The notes under the pieces were generated by a model. The model was given only the letters and a program-made list of their open reading frames with translations, searched no databases and was not told where the DNA came from. Positions 6,962-14,161 of a stretch of DNA of 16,252 nucleotides are shown one piece after another (within the stretch, counting starts at the first letter, position 1; each line of letters begins with the position of its first letter). Source of the stretch: a bacterium (GTDB taxonomy: Bacteria; SZUA-182; DTGQ01; JAFGSM01). The stretch covers positions 1 to 16,252 of the forward strand of contig JBLIRN010000061.1 in the NCBI GenBank assembly GCA_049472315.1, in the 5' to 3' direction. Both the position numbers and the translations under genes were made by a program.

Positions 6962-7230
6962 GCACCGGCAATTTAAATTGTAAGGGTGTCGTGGGCAGAC
7001 ATATTTACTTCGCTAGGTGGGCAGCCATATTTACTCCGCTAAACGGGAAGGCTTTTTTAATTTTCTAAGGCTCGCTACGCTACATTGCGCAAACTCGCTT
7101 CGCTCGGACATGCGCAATGTTATACGCTGCGCTTCGCCAAGAAAATTTAGAAAAAGCCTCCCTATATCGCTCCGTAAATATGCCTGCCCACCATAATTCT
7201 GATGCAATGTCACAATCGAATTGCCGGTGC
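6962..7230. repeat. Nested imperfect palindromic element (REP/REPIN- or MITE-like)
   Basis: Outer perfect IR GCACCGGCAATT (6962-6973) / AATTGCCGGTGC (7219-7230). 19-bp IR with 1 mismatch at 7016-7034 / 7174-7192. Imperfect IR GGGAAGGCTTTTTTAATTTTCT / AGAAAATTTAGAAAAAGCCTCCC. Inner perfect IR ACATTGCGCA (7082-7091) / TGCGCAATGT (7111-7120). Confidence 0.8.
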
Positions 7231-7237
7231 CGCACAC

Positions 7238-7267
7238 AGCATAATGCAAAAGGCGTTGCATTATGCT
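7238..7267. promoter_or_regulatory. 12-bp perfect inverted repeat upstream of tamB (possible operator or hairpin)
   Basis: AGCATAATGCAA-N6-TTGCATTATGCT, 46 bp upstream of the tamB ATG. Confidence 0.45.
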
Positions 7268-7313
7268 ATGGTATCAGTTTAATGCACAGGCATAAGCGAG
7301 TAAGCGGGAAGCG

Positions 7314-10300
7314 ATGAATGTACTAAGATACATAGCACGTCGGCGGACAATTATTATCGTCCTGCTGGTTATTCTCCTCTGCGTCCTTGCCCTTCGCTGG
7401 GGGAAGGATCTGCTCGAGCGATATGGAGAGCGCAGAATACGGGAATACCTGGCTGCATACGTTTATCTCGATGTCGTGTGGGACCGATGGTCGCTTGACC
7501 TTATTCCCCTCCGGCTGCGCATAGCCGGTCTGCGGGTGGAGTCCAAGGAAACCGGAGACCTTTCATTATGGGTGCTTGCCGAGCGCGCGGATATATCATT
7601 CAATCCCGCTTTGCTCCTCAGAAGGGTGGTTGCCATACGGCGCATTGCACTCAAGGGGCTCAGGGGAAGGGCCCTCCTTGCAGGGACCGGTGATTATTCA
7701 GTTCTCATGCCCATGCTGAAACAGGGCCAACAGGGAAGGGGAGGGGGGTGGAGCGTAACCGTGGGCGGGATCGATGTGGAGGGGCAGGAGCTTGCCGTGG
7801 ATCTCCTCGATAAGAGGGGGAGCGTGACCCTTCGACACCTTTCCCTTTCAGCGAATAAACTGGACACAAAGGGTCCCTTTCCGCTCCGGATGGCGTTCGA
7901 TGAGGGGGAATGCACCTGGAAGGGCCAATATCGCCACCTGCAATCAGGAAGCCTCGATGGCTCCTTCACCGGCGAGGGGATCACCGTAGATTCGCTGCAG
8001 ATCCTCTTCCCCGAGGAGGGTTACCTGCGGTGGAAGGGGGCGGTTTCCAAGGGACATCCGGGCATCCTGTTCGATGGGGCATACGATGGGGTGCTCCTGT
8101 GCGATACGCTGGCCATCTTTCTCAAGCCCTTCCGGCAGATGGAGGGGAAGGTGACCTCCACAGGGAAGATAGGGGGGAAGTGGCGGCAGATGAAGGTTGA
8201 GGGGGACCTCAGCGCACCCCGGTTTTCCTGGAGAGACTACCATTTCAGCAATGTACGGGGACGGTTCGGATACCACCTCGGGATCGTTACATTCGAGGAT
8301 ATGGAAGGGATCTGGAGGGAGGGTAACCTTGCCGTGTCATCGCTCATCGAGCTGAAAAAACATACGGCAACGGTGGACATCCACGTCACAGGCCTTCCGA
8401 GCACCTCCATCATGAAGAACTGGTACTCCCTGTTTCCGGGCACCGATCTTTCATGGACCGGAAGCATGGACTGGCGGATCACGTGGCCCCAAAGGCAGGT
8501 GGAGAGCGAGGGCACGCTCAGGGTGGAGGCCCCGTTTGCCCCGGCCCATGCCCTTGCCGGCCAAAAGGCGGGGATTGAGACCCGATTCACCTCTCAGAGG
8601 AATCTGCTTGCCCTGAAGGATTTTTCCATTGCAGTGGGGGAAAACCGAATCCAGGCGGAGGGGGAGTATGATCTGCGATCCAAGAAGGTACGGATCAGTT
8701 ACACCGGCGAGATACGGGAAAGGAATCTCGCATCCAGGATCTGGGGATTTCCGGTCAAGGGACGGGGCACCTTCAGCGGGAACATGGACGAGCACCTTAA
8801 CCAGCCACGGTTTGCCGGGGAATTTCAGGGTAAGGGGGTGACCTTCAGGCACCTCAGGGCGGATATGGTGGGCCTGAAATATGACTATTTCAATGGGAGG
8901 GTGCACCTCGATGATGTGCAGGGCTCCCTGGACGGGGGGAGGATCGCCGGGACCTGTGCGATAGACCTTGCCCATGCCCGGGTGCGGCCTGAGGTTCACT
9001 GCACCTGGTCGGCGCATGCGGTGCCCCTTGCCGAGATTGCCGGGGCGATCCCCTACCGGCCCGGGTTCCCCTTTCAGGGGACGGTGTCCGTAAAGGGTAC
9101 ATTGGACGTGCGCGGGTCGCGGGTTACCTCGGAGGGTTCATTCCGGGGGGAGGGGATCTCCCTTATGGGTCAACCGGTGGGCGAGGTGAAGGGTGAATTC
9201 ACCACTCGTCCGGGCATCTTCAGCTTTCGGAATGTTCTTGCACGCAGGGAGGAAGGGGTCATAGAGGCAGATCTTTCCCTGGGAGGAGATGATGTGGTTG
9301 CCATGCGGGCCCATGTCTCCTCATGGCACGTCATGCCCCTCGAGTGGCGAGAGGGTCGCATCATTCCTCTGGAGGGTATCCTCTCCCTCACCGTTTCAGG
9401 CAAAGGGAAGGACATGGAGGGTGACTTTGATGTGGAGGGGCTTTCCTACATGGGAAAAGGGGACCTGGCAGTCACAGGCAGGATCGAGCGCAGGGGTGAT
9501 GACCTGCAGGTGTCCCTCACCCATCCCTGGGGTGGTGCCCTGTGTTCGCTTGACCTCCGAGGGGCGATCCCGTTCACCCTCTCCTCTTCTTGGGAGGGAT
9601 TTCCCATTGCGGACCCGAATACGGGGATATATCAAAATCCCCAATTTTCGGTGACCATGAGCGGCAGGTCTGAGATACAAGGGACGTTGAGGGAGGGGAT
9701 TTCCTCCCTTGCGGGTATCTTCCAGGGCAGTGAACTCGTTGTTGCCGGGGCCGCCGGCCGTTTTGAGGGTGTGGGGGGATACGAGCTCGTTCTTCAGGGC
9801 AGGGAGATTTCCATACCCGGCCTGTCGATCAAGGGGGAGCGGGGTTCACTCGATGTGAAGGGGACCTGGCTGCTGCCTGACCGGTTTGACCTGAAGGTCG
9901 CTGGCATGGTGCCCCTGGAGGTCTTCCAGGACAAGGTGCCGGCGGCACGGGGCCTCAGCGGGAAGGCCGAGCTGGATATGCACGCGAGCGGGAGCACCTC
10001 CCGCCCATTGCTTGACGGAAGGATACTGCTCTCCGGGGGTGGCTTTTCGCTGCCCGAGTATAATTTCAGGGCCGACAGCATCAACGGTGACATCTGGTTT
10101 ACGAAACAATCCGTGTATATCAAAGAGTTGACCGGATACACGAGGGGCGGCGGAGGTATCGTGATCAGCGGTGTCGTCGTTTACAGTGGCACAGAGGTTG
10201 ATTCGTTCGACGTCACCACCCATATCGAAGACCTTTACCTTTACAAGAGGGACGCATACAAGGGCTTCATGGAGGGACAGCTCGAGTGGGTCGGCAAATC

Positions 10301-11219
10301 CGGCATAGGGATACTCAGCGGTGATATCCTGGTTAAGGAGGCCCGACACACCTCCTATCGCGATATACTGCAGTTTCTTCTTGCCCGGAAGAGGGATGTG
10401 GAGATCGCCGGGCTCCTGCAGAGGGGTCTGGGAAGGAAATGGGGCAAGTGGGTGAGCCGGACCAACCTCAACGTAGGATTGGACCTGGGTAAGGATTTCC
10501 GGGTACGAAGCCCGTTTTATGTGGCGAGTCTTACCGGCACCCCTTCCGTCAAGGGGACCCTCACCGAGCCCTGGCTGGACGGGGAGATCAAGGTCGAAGA
10601 GGGTGAAATCATCATCGGGAGCCAGCGGTTCGACATCACCTCGGGCCGCATAGCGCTGAACAACCCGGCGCTTGCCGAGCCGACGATCAACGCCGTGGCC
10701 ATAAAGGATATCAACAGCCACCGCCTCAGAATCAATGTCTTCGGCCCGGTGAGCAAACCCAATCTCCAGTTCAGCTCAACCCCGTATCTCTCCCAGCCGG
10801 AGATATTGAACATGGTGTTTTTCGGTCTGACCACAGAGGAGACCGGAAGGGAACAGGAGCGCGACGTCCTTTCCCTCATGCTCAGCACCACGAGCAGTGT
10901 CCTGACGAACGTCATCGGTGAGGATATCGCCTACTATACGGGGCTGGATATGCTCAGGCTCAACATGTTTCCCCAGGATCTTTTCAGGCTGGATATCCTC
11001 AATCTGAGACTTCAGGAGGAGGGAGGGGGCGTGGAGCAGCTCACGGTCGGAAAGACCCTTTCCAAACGGTTGAAAATCAAATACTCCCACCTCAAGGGTG
11101 AGGAGCAGCGCGAGATTGCAGAGGCGGAATACAGCATCACGGACCATCTCACCCTCATAGGGGCACAGGACGATCAGGGGACCTATTCAATTGATATCAA
11201 TATCGGTTTTTCATTCTGA
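7314..11219 (+). CDS. tamB: TamB/AsmA-like translocation and assembly module protein (DUF490 C-terminus)
   Basis: 1301 aa with an N-terminal TM anchor (IIIVLLVILLCVLAL) and long Gly-rich amphipathic beta-strand repeats. The DUF490-type C-terminus reads VKGTLTEPWLDGEIKVEEG..RFDITSGRI..VFGPVSKPNLQFSSTPYLSQPEILNMVFFG..LTVGKTLSKRL. Lies directly upstream of an Omp85 gene. Confidence 0.92.
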   Translation: MNVLRYIARRRTIIIVLLVILLCVLALRWGKDLLERYGERRIREYLAAYVYLDVVWDRWSLDLIPLRLRIAGLRVESKETGDLSLWVLAERADISFNPALLLRRVVAIRRIALKGLRGRALLAGTGDYSVLMPMLKQGQQGRGGGWSVTVGGIDVEGQELAVDLLDKRGSVTLRHLSLSANKLDTKGPFPLRMAFDEGECTWKGQYRHLQSGSLDGSFTGEGITVDSLQILFPEEGYLRWKGAVSKGHPGILFDGAYDGVLLCDTLAIFLKPFRQMEGKVTSTGKIGGKWRQMKVEGDLSAPRFSWRDYHFSNVRGRFGYHLGIVTFEDMEGIWREGNLAVSSLIELKKHTATVDIHVTGLPSTSIMKNWYSLFPGTDLSWTGSMDWRITWPQRQVESEGTLRVEAPFAPAHALAGQKAGIETRFTSQRNLLALKDFSIAVGENRIQAEGEYDLRSKKVRISYTGEIRERNLASRIWGFPVKGRGTFSGNMDEHLNQPRFAGEFQGKGVTFRHLRADMVGLKYDYFNGRVHLDDVQGSLDGGRIAGTCAIDLAHARVRPEVHCTWSAHAVPLAEIAGAIPYRPGFPFQGTVSVKGTLDVRGSRVTSEGSFRGEGISLMGQPVGEVKGEFTTRPGIFSFRNVLARREEGVIEADLSLGGDDVVAMRAHVSSWHVMPLEWREGRIIPLEGILSLTVSGKGKDMEGDFDVEGLSYMGKGDLAVTGRIERRGDDLQVSLTHPWGGALCSLDLRGAIPFTLSSSWEGFPIADPNTGIYQNPQFSVTMSGRSEIQGTLREGISSLAGIFQGSELVVAGAAGRFEGVGGYELVLQGREISIPGLSIKGERGSLDVKGTWLLPDRFDLKVAGMVPLEVFQDKVPAARGLSGKAELDMHASGSTSRPLLDGRILLSGGGFSLPEYNFRADSINGDIWFTKQSVYIKELTGYTRGGGGIVISGVVVYSGTEVDSFDVTTHIEDLYLYKRDAYKGFMEGQLEWVGKSGIGILSGDILVKEARHTSYRDILQFLLARKRDVEIAGLLQRGLGRKWGKWVSRTNLNVGLDLGKDFRVRSPFYVASLTGTPSVKGTLTEPWLDGEIKVEEGEIIIGSQRFDITSGRIALNNPALAEPTINAVAIKDINSHRLRINVFGPVSKPNLQFSSTPYLSQPEILNMVFFGLTTEETGREQERDVLSLMLSTTSSVLTNVIGEDIAYYTGLDMLRLNMFPQDLFRLDILNLRLQEEGGGVEQLTVGKTLSKRLKIKYSHLKGEEQREIAEAEYSITDHLTLIGAQDDQGTYSIDINIGFSF

Positions 11220-11238
11220 GCGAAGGACGTTGCAGGGG

Positions 11239-13791
11239 ATGCACACCGCTGCCGGGGGCCCCCGTTTTTTGGGGGTGGCTTTCCTCCTGTTCCTCGTGTT
11301 TCTGGTGGCATTTCCTTCACCCGGTTTTGCGGAGACGCTCATAAGCGGCATTACCATCAAGGGGAATTTTCCCATATTCGAGAGGGAGCTTATGAGGGTG
11401 ATACCCATACGCCTCGGTGAGGAGTATCGGCCGGACCGGGTTGAGGAGGTGGTGAAGAGGATCGAAGGGGTCTACCAGGATGAAGGGTATGACAGGGTAA
11501 GGGTCGAGCACGCGTTGGAGGAGACCGAGGATAACCTCGGCGTCCTGGTCATCAATATCCACAAGGGACTGAGAACGCGCATCGCGGATGTCTCCTTTGT
11601 TGACGACCGGCCTGGTCAAGGGCCAAACATCGAGTTTCTCCTGGGATTGAAAAAGGGACAGGTATTTAAACGAAGGCGGTTCAAGGAGCGGCTCAAGATA
11701 TTGGAGGAACGGCTTGTCAGGGCCGGATTCCTGAGGGCGGATATTCGATTCCAGGAGAGGATCGAGGACAACGGGGTATACCTTGACATCTTCATATATC
11801 GGGGGCCGAAGGTGGAGGTGCGGATCAGCGGAAACAGGCATTTTTCCCACGAGGAGATACTCGCGGTGGTGACGTTTTACGAGAACCGCTTCTTCGACCG
11901 TCTGGAGGCGGAAGAGAGCGCCGAAAGGGTCACGGAGCTTTATCGGGACAGCGGTTTTATCGATGTGGAGGTCGGCTTCGATATCGGCGATCCGGACGCG
12001 AAGGGTGACCGGGAGGTGGTGTTTTCCATTGACGAAGGCAAGAGACATTATCTCACGGATGTCGTGTTTGTGCATGCCAAGCGCCTCAAGACAAAGCGCC
12101 TGAGGAGGCAGTTTCTCTCCCTGCGCGGCTTCTGGCTGTTCCGGCGGCGCCCCTTCAAGGAGGTGACCTTCGAAAAGGACCTGGAGGCATTGGAGACACT
12201 CTATCGCTCCGAGGGATTTCCCAATGTCCGCATTACCGCCACGACCGAGGGAAAGGGGCGGCGCCTCAAAAAGCGGGTAATTGTGGAGGAGGGGGTCAGA
12301 CTCGTGGCGGAGCATCTTTCCCTTGAGGGAAATGAGGCGTTTTCGGAGCGGACCCTGAGGGGGGTGCTCACGGTGGTGGAGGGGACCCCGCTTCGTCCTG
12401 GGGAATTTGAGGATGACCGCAGGAGGCTGGCCATTTTTTACGGCAATAACGGGTATCCCTATGCACGCATATCATCCGAGGTGAAAAGGGATGAGGAGAC
12501 GGGAACGGTAGACATCCGCTACCGGATACGCGAAGGAAACCCTGCGCGGTTCGGAAGCCTAAGCATTGAGCGGAACTTCAAGACCCGGGATAAGGTCATT
12601 CGACTCGCCACCCCCATACGATCCGGCGATCCCTTTAGCTACCAGAGTATACTGGATGCGCAAGAGAGGCTCTCCCAGTTGGGGCTGTTCAACAGCCTGA
12701 GTGTGGAGCCGCAGGGGATCGATCAGGGTGCGGAGGTGGTGGATTGTGTAATCGAGGTGGAGGAGACCGAGACCGGAAGGGTCAACCTGGGGGTCGGTTT
12801 CAGTTCCCGGGTGGGGTACCGGGGATACATGGAGATCAGGGAGGACAACCTGTGGGGCAGGGCCATCAGCGGCAGCTTCAGGGCCGATCTTACCGGTCTC
12901 GGCGGGGCTACCCGCGTGGTGGAGGAGATTGGGCGTTCCTCCAAATACACAATTACCTTCAAGGACCCCCTCCTGATCCCCCGGCACAAGGTAGAGGGCG
13001 AAGGGAGCATCTATACCGCCACGGAGGACCGGCGGGAATACCATACCCGCAGCAGGGGACTCAGTCTCGGCCTGTGGAGGCCGTTCAAGAGGCGGATGCG
13101 TGTCGGCCTTACGTATCACATCGACCTGAACCGTCTGGAGGACATCACTATCGATCCCGCGGAGGTGCCTGAAAAATATCACGAGCACACCATCAGTGCC
13201 GTCGGTCCGACGCTGATCTATGATTCCCGCGACAACTTCCTCGATCCCAGTGAGGGGGTGTACGCCAATCTCACCACGGATTTCGCGGGAAGCTGGATCG
13301 GGGGGGACCAGGATTTCTACACAATCAAGGCGGAGTGCAGGGCCTTTTATCCTCTCACATCGAGACTGGTGGGTGCCCTGGCCATACGGGGGGGATATAT
13401 CGGGGTCTATGGCCAGACCACCACGGTACCCATCCAGGAGCGCTTTTTTGCCGGTGGAGGGAACACGGTGAGGGGATTCAGGGAGGATTCGCTTGGCCCC
13501 CTCGACGATGAAACGGGCCTTCCCCTCGGCGGGAGGGTGTTGTGGGTGTATAACCTCGAACTGCGCTATCCCCTCTACCGCAGCATCAAGGGCGTTTTAT
13601 TCTTTGATGCCGGCAATGTATGGAAGACGCGGGAGGAATTTGACGCAGACGACACCAGGAAGGGGGCGGGGGTGGGCCTTCGCCTGATCACCCCCCTTGG
13701 TCCCGTTCGGGTCGATTACGCCCGGGTCATTGACAAGGAGCCGGACGAGGCGGGCAGCCGGTTTTATCTGAGCATCGGTCATGCATTTTAG
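11239..13791 (+). CDS. Omp85 family outer-membrane assembly factor (BamA/TamA-like) with about six POTRA domains
   Basis: Signal peptide (FLGVAFLLFLVFLVAFPSPGFA|ET) from ATG 11239, or TTG 11230. POTRA repeats carry Y..xG(Y/F) helices. The barrel has YDSRDNFLDPSEG, ERFFAGGGNTVRGF, GVGLRLITPLGPVRVDYA and a C-terminal FYLSIGHAF beta-signal. Confidence 0.93.
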   Translation: MHTAAGGPRFLGVAFLLFLVFLVAFPSPGFAETLISGITIKGNFPIFERELMRVIPIRLGEEYRPDRVEEVVKRIEGVYQDEGYDRVRVEHALEETEDNLGVLVINIHKGLRTRIADVSFVDDRPGQGPNIEFLLGLKKGQVFKRRRFKERLKILEERLVRAGFLRADIRFQERIEDNGVYLDIFIYRGPKVEVRISGNRHFSHEEILAVVTFYENRFFDRLEAEESAERVTELYRDSGFIDVEVGFDIGDPDAKGDREVVFSIDEGKRHYLTDVVFVHAKRLKTKRLRRQFLSLRGFWLFRRRPFKEVTFEKDLEALETLYRSEGFPNVRITATTEGKGRRLKKRVIVEEGVRLVAEHLSLEGNEAFSERTLRGVLTVVEGTPLRPGEFEDDRRRLAIFYGNNGYPYARISSEVKRDEETGTVDIRYRIREGNPARFGSLSIERNFKTRDKVIRLATPIRSGDPFSYQSILDAQERLSQLGLFNSLSVEPQGIDQGAEVVDCVIEVEETETGRVNLGVGFSSRVGYRGYMEIREDNLWGRAISGSFRADLTGLGGATRVVEEIGRSSKYTITFKDPLLIPRHKVEGEGSIYTATEDRREYHTRSRGLSLGLWRPFKRRMRVGLTYHIDLNRLEDITIDPAEVPEKYHEHTISAVGPTLIYDSRDNFLDPSEGVYANLTTDFAGSWIGGDQDFYTIKAECRAFYPLTSRLVGALAIRGGYIGVYGQTTTVPIQERFFAGGGNTVRGFREDSLGPLDDETGLPLGGRVLWVYNLELRYPLYRSIKGVLFFDAGNVWKTREEFDADDTRKGAGVGLRLITPLGPVRVDYARVIDKEPDEAGSRFYLSIGHAF

Positions 13792-13838
13792 TTCGGTTAA
13801 TGCACTGCACCACTATCCGTGTGCATTGGGAGTCAATC

Positions 13839-13892
13839 GGTCCTCCCTGAATTGAACGGAAGGCAGTGGTATGCCGAATAATTCAGGAGACC
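13839..13892 (+). other. Bulged RNA hairpin downstream of the Omp85 gene (possible terminator or 3' stabiliser)
   Basis: GGTC(C)TCC(C)TGAATT (13839-13853) pairs with AATTCAGGAGACC (13880-13892), with an inner GGCA-GTGGTA-TGCC stem-loop. There is no clear U-tract. Confidence 0.35.
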
Positions 13893-13899
13893 TTGCGAC

Positions 13900-13928
13900 T
13901 TGAAAAGATCGCAAATCCCCTTTATATT
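13900..13928 (+). promoter_or_regulatory. Putative sigma70 promoter for the small ORF and APC permease
   Basis: TTGAAA (13900-13905), 17 bp spacer, TATATT (13923-13928). The -35 lies inside the dyad TTGCGA-N10-TCGCAA (13893-13914). Confidence 0.55.
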
Positions 13929-14005
13929 TTCGTTGTGTTATTGCAGGGTACCGGCAGCGGGATTTGGTATCCCTTTTCGGATCTCATATGCTAAAAGGAG
14001 AGACA

Positions 14006-14161
14006 ATGGAAGGAGATGCGCTCATCGGATGGATTCTTATCGGGTGTGCACTTGGATTTATCACCTATATCACCTTCTGGAGCAGGCGCACGATTGAGCG
14101 AATTTACCGAAAAAGTCCCCGCTCCGCCCGGGAGATCCTGAAGGATATCAACAATGGATGA
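14006..14161 (+). CDS. Small single-pass membrane protein (51 aa)
   Basis: AAGGAG RBS at 13995-14000, ATG 14006. MEGDALIGWILIGCALGFITYITFWSRRTIERIYRKSPRSAREILKDINNG is a hydrophobic helix plus a basic tail. Its stop overlaps the permease start by 8 nt. Confidence 0.6.
   Translation: MEGDALIGWILIGCALGFITYITFWSRRTIERIYRKSPRSAREILKDINNG

Noticed and set aside
6991..7192. Possible CRISPR array from the 25-bp repeats
   Set aside because: Only two direct copies 1 bp apart plus one inverted copy; no spacers and no cas genes.
6886..7317. Short ORFs of 60-76 aa across the yjbQ-tamB intergenic region
   Set aside because: They run through the palindromic element, lack convincing RBSs and show no protein-like features.
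11191..11238. TTG start at 11191 for the Omp85 gene
   Set aside because: It overlaps the tamB 3' end and lengthens the signal peptide implausibly; 11230 or 11239 fits better.
13799..13827. TGCAC...GTGCA dyad as an NtrC site
   Set aside because: The spacing is longer than the 17-bp NtrC consensus and I saw no sigma54 -24/-12 motif nearby.
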